Assembly (NCBI GenBank): GCA_032718475.1
Contig: JAUCBJ010006880.1
Location: forward strand, 1-64,000
Direction: 5' to 3'
Length of the DNA stretch: 64,000 bases
Origin: Nemertoderma westbladi
Lineage: Eukaryota; Animalia; Xenacoelomorpha
The stretch's first letter is position 1; every line of letters begins with the position of its first letter. A program made the position numbers and the translations under genes. Of the stretch, positions 12,501-25,557 are shown piece after piece. Under the pieces are notes generated by a model. The model was not told the origin of the DNA. It searched no databases and was given only the letters and a program-made list of their open reading frames with translations.

Positions 12501-15500
12501 GAGTTAAGTTGAACGCACAAGATACGAAACTGAGCGCACAGGATGGAAAGATCTGCACAATATTGTGAGTTAAGGACAGATCTGCACAACATTGTGAGTT
12601 AAGTTGAACGCACAAGATACGAAACTGAGCGCACAGGATGGAAAGATCTGCACAACATTGTGAGTTAAGTTGAACGCACAAGATACGAAACTGAGCGCAC
12701 AAGATGGACAGATCTGCACAACATTGTGAGTTAAGTTGAACGCACAAGATACGAAACTGAGCGCACTGGATGGAAAGATCTGCACAACATTGTGAGTTAA
12801 GTTGAACGCACAAGATACGAAACTGAGCGCACAAGATGGACAGATCTGCACAACATTGTGAGTTAAGTTGAACGCACAAGATACGAAACTGAGCGCACTG
12901 GATGGAAAGATCTGCACAACATTGTGAGTTAAGTTGAACGCACAAGATACGAAACTGAGCGCACAGGATGGAAAGATCTGCACAACATTGTGAGTTAAGT
13001 TGAACGCACAAGATACGAATCTGAGCGCACAGGATGGAAAGATCTGCACAACATTGTGAGTTAAGTTGAACGCACAAGATACGAAACTGAGCGCACTGGA
13101 TGGAAAGATCTGCACAACATTGTGAGTTAAGTTGAACGCACAAGATACGAAACTGAGCGCACTGGATGGAAAGATCTGCACAACATTGTGAGTTAAGTTG
13201 AACGCACAAGATACGAAACTGAGCGCACAGGATGGAAAGATCTGCACAACATTGTGAGTTAAGTTGAACGCACAAGATACGAAACTGAGCGCACAGGATG
13301 GAAAGATCTGCACAACATTGTGAGTTAAGTTGAACGCACAAGATACGAAACTGAGCGCACAGGATGGAAAGATCTGCACAACATTGTGAGTTAAGTTGAA
13401 CGCACAAGATACGAAACTGAGCGCACAGGATGGAAAGATCTGCACAACATTGTGAGTTAAGTTGAACGCACAAGATACGAAACTGAGCGCACAGGATGGA
13501 AAGATCTGCACAACATTGTGAGTTAAGTTGAACGCACAAGATACGAAACTGAGCGCACAAGATGGACAGATCTGCACAACATTGTGAGTTAAGTTGAACG
13601 CACAAGATACGAAACTGAGCGCACAAGATGGACAGATCTGCACAACATTGTGAGTTAAGTTGAACGCACAAGATACGAAACTGAGCGCACAGGATGGAAA
13701 GATCTGCACAACATTGTGAGTTAAGTTGAACGCACAAGATACGAAACTGAGCGCACTGGATGGAAAGATCTGCACAACATTGTGAGTTAAGTTGAACGCA
13801 CAAGATACGAAACTGAGCGCACAGGATGGAAAGATCTGCACAACATTGTGAGTTAAGTTGAACGCACAAGATACGAAACTGAGCGCACAGGATGGAAAGA
13901 TCTGCACAACATTGTGAGTTAAGTTGAACGCACAAGATACGAAACTGAGCGCACAGGATGGAAAGATCTGCACAACATTGTGAGTTAAGTTGAACGCACA
14001 AGATACGAAACTGAGCGCACTGGATGGAACGATCTGCACAACATTGTGAGTTAAGTTGAACGCACAAGATACGAAACTGAGCGCACAGGATGGAAAGATC
14101 TGCACAACATTGTGAGTTAAGTTGAACGCAGAAGATTAGAAACTGAGCGCACAGGATGGAAAGATCTGCACAACATTGTGAGTTAAGTTGAACGCACAAG
14201 ATACGAAACTGAGCGCACAAGATGGACAGATCTGCACAACATTGTGAGTTAAGTTGAACGCACAAGATACGAAACTGAGCGCACAAGATGGACAGATCTG
14301 CACAACATTGTGAGTTAAGTTGAACGCACAAGATACGAAACTGAGCGCACAGGATGGAAAGATCTGCACAACATTGTGAGTTAAGTTGAACGCACAAGAT
14401 ACGAAACTGAGCGCACTGGATGGAAAGATCTGCACAACATTGTGAGTTAAGTTGAACGCACAAGATACGAAACTGAGCGCACAGGATGGAAAGATCTGCA
14501 CAACATTGTGAGTTAAGTTGAACGCACAAGATACGAAACTGAGCGCACAGGATGGAAAGATCTGCACAACATTGTGAGTTAAGTTGAACGCACAAGATAC
14601 GAAACTGAGCGCACAGGATGGAAAGATCTGCACAACATTGTGAGTTAAGTTGAACGCACAAGATACGAAACTGAGCGCACTGGATGGAACGATCTGCACA
14701 ACATTGTGAGTTAAGTTGAACGCACAAGATACGAAACTGAGCGCACAGGATGGAAAGATCTGCACAACATTGTGAGTTAAGTTGAACGCAGAAGATACGA
14801 AACTGAGCGCACAGGATGGAAAGATCTGCACAACATTGTGAGTTAAGTTGAACGCAGAAGATACGAAACTGAGCGCACAGGATGGAAAGATCTGCACAAC
14901 ATTGTGAGTTAAGTTGAACGCACAAGATACGAAACTGAGCGCACTGGATGGAACGATCTGCACAACATTGTGAGTTAAGTTGAACGCACAAGATACGAAA
15001 CTGAGCGCACAGGATGGAAAGATCTGCACAACATTGTGAGTTAAGTTGAACGCACAAGATACGAAACTGAGCGCACTGGATGGAACGATCTGCACAACAT
15101 TGTGAGTTAAGTTGAACGCACAAGATACGAAACTGAGCGCACAGGATGGAAAGATCTGCACAACATTGTGAGTTAAGTTGAACGCAGAAGATACGAAACT
15201 GAGCGCACAGGATGGAAAGATCTGCACAACATTGTGAGTTAAGTTGAACGCAGAAGATACGAAACTGAGCGCACAGGATGGAAAGATCTGCACAACATTG
15301 TGAGTTAAGTTGAACGCACAAGATACGAAACTGAGCGCACTGGATGGAACGATCTGCACAACATTGTGAGTTAAGTTGAACGCACAAGATACGAAACTGA
15401 GCGCACAGGATGGAAAGATCTGCACAACATTGTGAGTTAAGTTGAACGCAGAAGATACGAAACTGAGCGCACAGGATGGAAAGATCTGCACAACATTGTG

Positions 15501-15906
15501 AGTTAAGTTGAACGCACAAGATACGAAACTGAGCGCACAGGATGGAAAGATCTGCACAACATTGTGAGTTAAGTTGAACGCACAAGATACGAAACTGAGC
15601 GCACAGGATGGAAAGATCTGCACAACATTGTGAGTTAAGTTGAACGCACAAGATACGAAACTGAGCGCACAGGATGGAAAGATCTGCACAACATTGTGAG
15701 TTAAGTTGAACGCACAAGATACGAAACTGAGCGCACAGGATGGAAAGATCTGCACAACATTGTGAGTTAAGTTGAACGCACAAGATACGAAACTGAGCGC
15801 ACACGATGGAAAGATCTGCACAACATTGTGAGTTAAGTTGAACGCACAAGATACGAAACTGAGCGCACAGGATGGAAAGATCTGCACAACATTGTGAGTT
15901 AAGTTG
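9539..15906. repeat. 66-bp satellite (GTTGAACGCACAAGATACGAAACTGAGCGCACAGGATGGAAAGATCTGCACAACATTGTGAGTTAA), about 95-100 units with higher-order structure
   Basis: Unit read directly; the 22-aa periodic ORFs are artefacts. Interspersed 29-bp truncated units; 1465-bp and 660-bp block duplications. Confidence 0.97.
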
Positions 15907-16711
15907 TGCGCGCAATTTAATTTTTGTAGGTTCCATACATTAAATCCGCACCTGAAATCTTAAATTTAAAGATTAATTAGTTTATAAGAAAGTTTATATG
16001 CCAATTCTATTAAAGATACAAAATATTTAAAAAGAATTTATACGGAGTTATTTTATTTTATATTGATTTTATTTTCAAGTCGGCGTGAAATGCGCTCTGA
16101 AATAAAGTAAACTCAGAGATGCGATCGTGATCCTCACGGCGTGAAATAAAGTAATATTATTCTTTCAGTATGATTGTAGCGTATTCTACGGTCATGCTTA
16201 GGTAACAGTAAATCATTTATCACATGAGTAGATTTTTTAGTTAAATAAAACGGATGTAGAATACCGGATGAAGAAATGAAAAAATATTCAGTAGTTTAGT
16301 CTTATTTTCTGAAACAATAGGACTATAAATAATTATCTAGCACTTTGCACAACACACTAAGTAATTAACGGTTATTTAAGTGTATCTGCATTGGTTAGAA
16401 TTGGAATAATATCGGTTAAATTAATAATAATATTTGATTGACTAAAGAAATTAGCACATAATCGTAATGGTTGTTAGTTGCTGTTAGTTATCATGCCAAG
16501 ACAATACATTCTTAATTTAATTTAATTAAACTATTATAGACGAATTAATAGGACAATATGGTCTAATTGCCCCAGATATTTGGAGTGTGAGTATGGACTT
16601 GGAAGGAATTGCTAATGACCCCCCCCCCCCCTCCCCCCTATTGGCTGTACCTGCAAGGCAGATAGGGGGCCACACTAACTCTCAAGGTTAAACCATCAAG
16701 CATTTTTCTTT

Positions 16712-17403
16712 AACCCCTCAACAGATGAAGTCAGGTTCCCATTACAGCTGGGGTGGTGTACCAGTCATGTAACGAACCCCGCAACAGATGAAGTCAGGTT
16801 CCCATTACAGCTGGGGTGGTGTACCAGTCATGTAACGAACCCCTCAACAGATGAAGTCAGGTTCCCATTACAGCTGGGGTGGTGTACCAGTCATGTAACG
16901 AACCCCTCAACAGATGAAGTCAGGTTCCCATTACAGCTGGGGTGGTGTACCAGTCATGTAACGAACCCCGCAACAGATGAAGTCAGGTTCCCATTACAGC
17001 TGGGGTGGTGTACCAGTCATGTAACGAACCCCTCAACAGATGAAGTCAGGTTCCCATTACAGCTGGGGTGGTGTACCAGTCATGTAACGAACCCCGCAAC
17101 AGATGAAGTCAGGTTCCCATTACAGCTGGGGTGGTGTACCAGTCATGTAACGAACCCCTCAACAGATGAAGTCAGGTTCCCATTACAGCTGGGGTGGTGT
17201 ACCAGTCATGTAACGAACCCCTCAACAGATGAAGTCAGGTTCCCATTACAGCTGGGGTGGTGTACCAGTCATGTAACGAACCCCTCAACAGATGAAGTCA
17301 GGTTCCCATTACAGCTGGGGTGGTGTACCAGTCATGTAACGAACCCCGCAACAGATGAAGTCAGGTTCCCATTACAGCTGGGGTGGTGTACCAGTCATGT
17401 AAC
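16712..17403. repeat. 63-bp tandem array (11 copies) embedded in a SINE-like element
   Basis: Unit AACCCC(T/G)CAACAGATGAAGTCAGGTTCCCATTACAGCTGGGGTGGTGTACCAGTCATGTAACG with starts at 16712, 16775, ...; B-box-like GAGTTCAATCCC on the minus strand at 17421-17432. Confidence 0.93.
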
Positions 17404-17865
17404 AGCCACGGCCACCGTTTGGGATTGAACTCTAAGACCATCCTTGGTCGTATAACTAATCGGGGAGCAATACTTGTGTTTATCGTGTTTCGTGCGTTCT
17501 AGAATATTAAATTGCACTAACGGCTACTACAAACAATAGACAAACCGCATCCATCAGATAATCTTTTGTTGTCTTAAATTATAGACAGGCCGATGCAAAG
17601 TTTCAATTTCGCACAATGAACTTAACAAATATTATAATATTTTGTGATAAATTTTAATTAATTTTGAACCTCTGTAAGGTTCAAATAAGAGATACTATTA
17701 AAATAACTAATTAATTTTATTTGTCACTAAAAACAATTCTATTTCCACTAAATTAAATTGTTGTATCACTAAAATATACAAAAATATATTCTCACTATTC
17801 ATCGGCTATTTAACAATTCCACCTCACTATTTATACTCCGGGATGTTATCATAAAAATCAAACTA

Positions 17866-18925
17866 GGCCCATTCTCACCAAAATTGGCCAAAAAGGGTGT
17901 AAATTTTTCCAAAAATTTTTTCTCCAGAATATAGTAAACCCATATATTTTCTAAAAGCTCATGATGTCAGGAATTTCATGGGAACCATGGACAAACACTT
18001 TTGCGGGGTGAACAAATTTATTTGGCATTTAAAACGAGTCCGCCCTGTAATGATTTGTCCGGCTTGTAATGCTTAATATTTCTTGGTAAATGTATAATAA
18101 TACCCGCCTAAAATTATATTTTGAATTGTGAAAGATATAATTTTAGAGCCATACATTACCAGGGGCGGACACCATTACAGGGCCGGACACAGTGATGGAT
18201 TATTGACTGTAAACAATTTGCAGTGTGGCTAACCTACATATTCCATACATACACCCCCTGAAAGCGCTGAGAAATACGAATCTGGCAGTATCTTTACTAA
18301 CTCTTATCTGTAATTCTATCACTTTTAAATAGGCAATGTCTGACCATTACAGGGGCCGGACAAAGTGATTGTCACATATACCTTGGTCTACTTAGAAGAC
18401 GATTACTTGTACAGAAATTAAGCAAATGCGATGAAATTTTAACGTGGTCATCATCCTGAGAAAATTTGCTTTCAAATGAATATTCACTTTTAGGATTGCT
18501 CTTAAAAAGTTAAGATGAAATGAGCACCATTACAGGGTCGGACATAAAAATCAGAAAAGTGTCGGACAGGATGTTAAATGCAGCTGTCCGACACCAACTA
18601 CATTGTATGTATACAAATACTGCTGAAAACGAATCTCCATTTATCCAGCTTTCTAACGATATGTTGGTTTACTGGATATGACCTTGGGGTTGGAATTTTA
18701 TAACAGTTTGTTCTACTAGCACTCTGGACCCTCATTTTGACCATTTTTTTGGCCATATTATGTTCTGCTACAAGAAGACATGATGTCTGTTTGAGCTGAA
18801 ATTAACTGTACAAAATATACGCTTCATCAGCTTTCTTTGAAGCCATCAACCACTTTCTAGAACCGCCATAAACAGAAGTTATGGCTTCAGGACTCCCGTT
18901 TGGCCAATTTTGGTGAGAATGGCCC
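17866..18925. mobile_element. Non-autonomous TIR element (MITE), Sola2-like termini
   Basis: About 27-bp TIR GG(C/G)CCATTCTCACCAAAATTGGCCAAA at both ends; 4-bp duplication ACTA at 17862-17865 and 18926-18929; internal repeated CCATTACAGGG(G)CCGGACA motifs; no ORF. Confidence 0.8.
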
Positions 18926-19706
18926 ACTACTATTATTTTACCAAAATATTGTGTTTCCTGAAAGATAGACAGACCCGATTATGCCAAACATGAAATTTAT
19001 ATCAGAAATGAAATCACAGAGCACGAAAACCCCAGCTAGTAAAAATTCCAGCTGTGTGAACAAATTCCACTGTCATAAATTACTTATTCTTATCTTATTC
19101 TTGAAAGTCAGATAGAGACCGACAGTTTTTCGCGAGAAGGTTTAAACTTTAATTGCATTTTACTCTTATCATTTTTATTTCACGTTTTTCCGCTGCTGTG
19201 TCTCTTCTACGTCATTTCTTAATCAATTCGTTTGACATTTTCAGTCAATAGTCCCGACATGTTGAACAATAAAACTTCTACACATCATTTTGAGTGAAAG
19301 TTGTGTTTTGGGCCGATAATTTGTAAAAATTAAAAAAAAAATTTATTTTTTTTATTAAAATGACACTGCTGGTGTAAATTTCATCAAGAAGTTGTATTGG
19401 TCAATGTGTCACGACAATTCAGTGAAAATTTCAAACGAATTGATTAAAAATGACGGAGAAGTTAAATTTAGACTGATATGCATAAAAATCTTAAAAGCCT
19501 ACGTCTCATATAAGAAAAAGTGTGCCTACAAAATATAGTAGGTCTAGCAATACAGTTCTGTGGTCGTATCTATCGTAGTTCGATAAATAGTATATAAGCC
19601 AGATTTACTACACTAAATCTTAAAAAATTACGTCACAAATTTTTTCAACGATTTCTTTCGCTAGAATAGAAAATTAAAGAGAAACTTTTTTCCCGAATAG
19701 GAGAGT

Positions 19707-20498
19707 TTAGCTCCCCGACTGGGAGTTTTGTTTCGGGTATCTCCACGCTATTGGCGGAGCGCTCAGACTGTGTCTGTCCTCGGGGGGTCCCCGCCGCCAG
19801 CGCATGTAGGCCACCCGCATCCGGTCCCACACCGCGGACCGACTATCCAACGCGGGTCGCACGTCTAGATCAGCGAACCTCATCGCTCGCTCGTCCATCT
19901 CCCCCGAGTCGTAGTAATCTATAACGTAACGGACGTCCACCCCACACCGGTCCACCACCCAGTCGTGTCGGTCGAACGGTCGCCCGTAGCCTAGCAACCC
20001 GCGCGCCCGCGCCCTGGGCGACGGGCGTTGCGCCAACCCCCGGAAACTACGGAGTTTGGGAGTCGCGCATTCCGCGAGTCGGAGAGTTTCCCAGGCGAGA
20101 ATCTCCCGCCACGCCGCCTCGTTGTTGGCGTTGTGAAGTTGCACTATCGCGTCCATCGCACCGGAAGTGACGTCATCATCATTCCAACGCCAGCCTTTAC
20201 GCAGCATAGCGTTCCAGAACATTTGCTGGCTTGGATACACCCAGTTGGATGGTTCGCCGGGTTTCGGTTGCCCTTTGGGGATGGAGGAGAGTTCCCGATC
20301 CGTGGGTAAGGGAAAGGGTTGGCCCGGGGAGGGCTGTTGGTTGGGCGGAGTCATCATATTACGGGGGTCTAGATCGGCGTGGGCCGGGCAGCCGCCGCCC
20401 TGGGGGTTCATGTCAGCCGGTGGGTCGCGCATGGGACACTCTGAAGGGGAAGTAAAGTTGGTACCGGTACCAACCGCTAGCGACTGTGCTTTACCCAT
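19707..20498 (-). CDS. HCCS: Holocytochrome c-type synthase (cytochrome c heme lyase), single coding exon, 263 aa
   Basis: N-terminal MGxxxS and two CP heme-regulatory motifs; conserved [48 protein letters not shown] and LDVRPALDS blocks. Confidence 0.95.
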   Translation of the reverse strand: MGKAQSLAVGTGTNFTSPSECPMRDPPADMNPQGGGCPAHADLDPRNMMTPPNQQPSPGQPFPLPTDRELSSIPKGQPKPGEPSNWVYPSQQMFWNAMLRKGWRWNDDDVTSGAMDAIVQLHNANNEAAWREILAWETLRLAECATPKLRSFRGLAQRPSPRARARGLLGYGRPFDRHDWVVDRCGVDVRYVIDYYDSGEMDERAMRFADLDVRPALDSRSAVWDRMRVAYMRWRRGPPEDRHSLSAPPIAWRYPKQNSQSGS

Positions 20499-21320
20499 TA
20501 TTTATTGCATTTTGTACGACGACAGTAGTGCTACCGCTATACCCAGTACCTGTGTGCAGGTGTACCGTAATTCTTCAGTTGTTGTGTTGCTACAATACTG
20601 CAATACACCGGTAGTTAGTAATGGAATTAATTCATTACAGCAGGATTACTGTGGCACTCTGAATCGGTATTGAATCACCAACAATAATTCCAACAAATCC
20701 AAAATCAGTAAGCTTCTACAGCTCTATTAAAACAGCGGCAATCAATGTACTTCTGTAATAACTATTTACATACTTGTGTGCAAAGTAGCACTTTTACAGT
20801 GTGATGATCCGAGTGGCTTTGTTACACGAACGAACATTAGTGAGTGAGTGAAAATAAAGCCACGAGGATCAGAACACTGTAAAGTACAGTACTTTGCAAC
20901 AGGTATGTATGTAGTTTTATTCCAAAATTTTAACATTACGAAATGATTGTACATATATTATAAGTGATAGAAACTGCACAAATTATATTAGTTGCTGTAT
21001 AAATAAATGTAAAAATGACATAAATTATGTTATAAATAAGTTCGCTTATATATATGGTGGCGTTTGGGGCCATGTTATAATAATATAGCTAGGCCCTACT
21101 GGTTATTAATAGCTATACCCCGCCTACCGGTAGGTAATGCAGTAGGCCTATCTGGCTGTCAGGCAAATTTCCACCTATTGTTTACGTGGTATCCAATGAC
21201 GGCGTTAAGTAATGTCCCCTTAGTGGACATTACTTACGCCGTCATGGGTTACCACGTAAACAATAACACCAAATACAATACTAAATGTACAGACCAATAC
21301 AATGCTCTAATGTCCTCTAA

Positions 21321-22244
21321 TGTCCTCAGTCTCACCATATGGTGAAACTGAGTTTTTCTCAATCCTGGATGGCGTACTGCAAGAAGGTGACACATTAGCA
21401 CCATTACTATTTGTAATTGTGCTGGATTACGCAATGAGGACGGCCACAAATGGTGAAGATCTGTGATTCACACTTCAAGAACGCAGAAGTAGTAGATATC
21501 CGGCAACTACAGTCACAGACACCGACTTTGCGGATGACATCGCCCTGCTCTCTAATACGCTAGCAGATGCACAGCTTCTACTAAACAAAGTGGAGAGGGC
21601 TGCTAAGGAGGTTGGATTGCATATAAATGTTACCAAGACCGAATTCATGACTTTTAATGTTGATGGAAACTTGATAACCATTGATAATAATCGACTAAGG
21701 AAGGTCGACGACTTCCAGTACCTAGGATATCATGGATAGCAAAAAAGGACATACTGTATAAGTTAGGAAAGCAAAGGCCTTGGGTAGCTTTATCAAAAAT
21801 GGATACCATCTGGAAATCAGATCTCTCCAGGAACCTGAAGACTAAGTTCTTTCGAGCCACAGTGGAAAATGTATTTTTATACGGGGGTGAGACCTGGACA
21901 CTGACTAAATCACTTGAACAATGAATTGATGGTTGCTACACAAGACTACAGTACTAAGTGCAGCCCTAAACATCAGCTGGAGACAAAACATGACAAAGGC
22001 CGAGCTTTAAGGTACAATACCACATCAACCACCCTCCATGCACCCAGATTAAGATTCAGTGGGCACTACTGGCGAAGTAAAGGATGGAAAGCGTAGTCGT
22101 GGACGACCGGCCATAACATATATAGGTCAACTTGAAAGGGATACTGAACTTGGGAGAAACGAAATTGCGACAACTATGGAGAATTGGGAAGCCTGGAAGG
22201 ATCTAATTTCCACTGTCCGAGTTCGCTCGACCTAGTAGTGGTAG
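21321..22244 (+). mobile_element. 5'-truncated, decayed RTE-like LINE copy with target-site duplication
   Basis: RT motifs GVLQ-GDTLAPLLFVIVLDYAMR and DTDFADDIALL..GLHINVTKTEFM; C-terminal RLRFSGHYWR; (TAG)n-like tail; 13-bp TSD TAATGTCCTCTAA at 21308-21320 and 22245-22257. Confidence 0.88.
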
Positions 22245-22767
22245 TAATGTCCTCTAAAGTTGTAAAGTGCCAAATAACAACTCGCTGTTAATACTAACGG
22301 CGTTGAGTAATGTTAGAATTTTGGAATAACAACTACAGTCCACGTTCGTGGGGCGTCGCGCAGAACACGAACTTCAGCAAGTTCGACGAACTTGGTTCCA
22401 AAAAAGTAGTTCAACCGCGAATTTTGTACACTCATTGAATTAAGTGTTATAACTTAACCTTACATGGGGGAAATAATAACTAGAATAATAACTAATAATG
22501 ATAAACTAGAAAACTAAAACTAACAATATTTCGTCCCAATTTTAAATTATAAATTAATGGAAAGGTTGCAATAGGATGTTATTCTAATCAAAACAATAAA
22601 ACTAAAGTCAACGGGAAAAAGTTTCAGTTTTATTTTTGATCTGCTGTTATTTTCGAAGGTTTTCTTCCGGGGAGGGATGAATTACGAATGTGTGGCACAG
22701 TGCTGTAGATGATGGTATTGACAGGTGGGTAACAGTGTATACAAGGTATCAGGTAGTATTTCCTTTT

Positions 22768-22840
22768 ACCGGAAGCGGAATGGTTAGAGCGTCAGACATC
22801 CAACCTGGAGTTTCCCAGTTCGATCCCACCAGGACGTCAA
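22768..22840 (+). mobile_element. tRNA-derived SINE head fragment
   Basis: A-box-like GGAATGGTTAGAGCG and B-box GTTCGATCC at tRNA-like spacing, but no complete acceptor stem; similar to 9330-9396. Confidence 0.5.
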
Positions 22841-23194
22841 TACCATGGACCAGGTAACGACTTTTGAAGTGAGGGGTCGACAGTGACAGATCTAGGATTT
22901 TGTCAAGAGGGCCCGTGCTAGCGAAGAGAGCGAATTTATGTTTTTTTTGTTGGTGCAGGTGTTTTTTAGGTGTTTATTTTAGGTATTAATGCACATACAT
23001 ATGCATAAATAATTTCTACATAATTTGGTACAGTATATAGTTGTCTACTGTATCCCATTATTACAGTAGTATAATAATGTATTCCGATTTTCTTGCCAAT
23101 GGAGGGGTCCAGGACCCTTCACGTAAACCCATGGGGGTCGGCTGACCCCTCTACGCGCGCCTACCCACCCTGATACTGTAACACCGTGGGATCA

Positions 23195-23760
23195 TCCTGG
23201 GATCATGGATCCGGAAGTCAGGTGAGGACCTTCGAATACGTAAGGGAAAGGCATGGGCAGCCTTGAATAGGCTTTCCAGGATTTGGAAGTCACCGAGAAT
23301 TAATCGGAAACTTAAGGTCCGATTATTTAGAGCAGCAGTAGTTCCAGTACTCCTCTACGGGAGTCCATGCTGGGCTCTAACTGCTGAGGACACCAAATCT
23401 CTGGATGGCACATTCACAAGAATGCTACGCCGGGTTCATTGTGTCAAGTACAATGCACACATCTCCAACCAGACACTATATAACATTGGAGGTGTCTCAT
23501 AGGTTCCCCCAAGCTTGACAATAGAACAAAATCGCCTCCGCTTTGCAGGACATTGCTTTCGCCGTGAGGACCAGCCAGTGCATAATCTTGTACTTTGGCA
23601 GCCTCATGGAGTGAATAAGCATGGTGGACAGCCCATGACTTTCTTGAGACGCATCTTAAAGGACACTGGCCTTAAAGATGCGGATGATCTAGCAAATGTC
23701 ATGGGTGATAGGGAGTTGTGGCGGTGCAATTTTGTTGACAAGCCGGCACAGCATTCTTAA
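23195..23760 (+). mobile_element. 3' fragment of a second RTE-like LINE
   Basis: LGSWI..KAWAALNRLSRIWKS..KVRLFRAAVVPVLLYGSPCWALT and NRLRFAGHCFRR..LWQP motifs of the RT C-terminal region; in-frame stop at 23500-23502. Confidence 0.85.
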
Positions 23761-25142
23761 AAATGCAGCTGCACTGCAGCATGCCGATCCTAGTAGTACT
23801 GTAACACCAACACAGCAGGAGTTAGTAAACAGTGAAATTTAAATTTTGCGTATTTTAATGTAACTGACATTTTATCCATTAATCTTTCAAGGAAAGACAT
23901 TAATTTGACGGATCGAATATTAATGTATGTTTCGGGGACGTAAACTAAAGTAAAAGCGTTGTTAAAGGGGCTGTGATGTCGGAGGGGTTGGTGTAGATAC
24001 TGTCCTAGGACAATTAAACCAAATGAATGCATCCCTTTGCACCAGATGGAACAATCTGCTCGTTTATGATGGCCTACAGTACATAGGTTTTTATGGAGGC
24101 CTGGTGGCGAGGTGGCCTACAACATTTTAGGACCGACCGGTCCTAATTTGAAAGGCAATGAAAACGTAACTAGTAGCGGTATATTAAGAAAACGTTGCAA
24201 TTGGCTGGAAGAATGATTTTGATAATACACTAGTGAATTTTAACCGGGGGGCGAATTTTTAGGGGGGTGTAAATTATCTGCTACACCGGTACACAGTTTA
24301 TAGGCCTACTGACCGTACGAGTATGGATACATCGTTCAGATACGTCATACAGGACGTATTCATGTATATACAGTATATTAGTATTATATTAGATTAGATT
24401 ATATATTTGATTAGTTAATGTATAAATTGTATGTATAGGCCAACAATTAAGGATTATCAGGTATCAGTAGATATGGTCTGGAGATCAGATTATGTCCAGT
24501 ATTGGTTTTTGTGTCTTGGTTTCTTGGTAATACAGTAGAACACGCGAATGTACATTCCATCAAGATTACATTTACTGTTTTCAATATGGTTATGCAGATT
24601 AGATTGATAGACATGGTCTGTTCGTCAGGTATGCAATAATTAAAAATCGAATAACCTGCTACCAATATGACAGTAATGTCAATTTATGTCGGTATGTTAG
24701 ATTAATTTATTCAGGTTATGCGTTAGGACACCGTTAAGAATACCGGGGATAATAAGGTCTCTTCAGTTGTAGCACTAATAGGTTTAGCCACTCACGCAAT
24801 TTTCGTCAAAATTTGAGTACTACTAGGGGTAGGGGCGGGGCCGGGGGTCAAGTCCACAGTTGGGAATATAGACTAGGGGCCTCGATAAGGTTAACACGGT
24901 GTAATGTCCCCTCGGGCGGAATGCCCCTCCCCCCGCCACGTGGGGAAATTTTCGCCTCGCGCCATATGCCCCAGAGCATTATCACCCCAGATTTCGAGAG
25001 TGGCAGTCCGAAGCCCTAAACCCTAAAGTCATGATTGGCTCTAATCTAAGACATTTTGTGGAATTTTGGTTATTCCATGGTCAAAAATTCAAAAAACCAC
25101 AAAATTTGTTAGATTAGAGCCTCGTAGTCCCGCGATAGTCCA

Positions 25143-25487
25143 GAAGAACGTGTGGGGAAGTGGAAAAATCACTTCAGCAACTTGCTTGGGCAGCCACCAA
25201 ACATCGAGGTCAGCCCTACAAGGAAAATATATGACAAGACACTACCTATAGAGACAGGGGACTTCACACCTGCGGAACTCCAAAGAAGCATTAAAAGCAT
25301 GTCCAATAATAAAGCGAGTGGATTAGATGAAATCCCAGCGGAGGTATGGAAAACAGGAGTGCTAAACAGACCATTATTAAATGTTTGCAACCGGATGTTA
25401 AAAGGGGAAAAGCCTCCACCAATTTGGACTAAAGGTCTACTAAAGCCTCTCCCCAAGAAAGGATACCTCGGTATACCAACAAATAGT
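25143..25487 (+). mobile_element. LINE reverse-transcriptase N-terminal fragment (RTE-like)
   Basis: WKNHFSNLL...KASGLDEIPAEVWK...LPKKG.L..PTN, the pre-RT region of non-LTR ORF2. Confidence 0.82.
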
Positions 25488-25557
25488 AGTTAATTTGGCA
25501 GCTTATTGTTAAGTGGTAGACAAATTTATTTGTCTAAGTCCCCCCCCCCTACATGAA

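Noticed and set aside
12343-15936. 1197-aa Cys-rich ORF and overlapping long ORFs
   Set aside because: Translation of a 66-bp satellite open in two frames at once; truncated units switch frames; no unique domain.
1-17403. CRISPR-like arrays
   Set aside because: All four arrays are head-to-tail repeats with no unique spacers, no cas genes, and the context is eukaryotic.
22768-22840. Functional tRNA-Gly gene
   Set aside because: A and B boxes present but no complete cloverleaf; treated as a SINE head.
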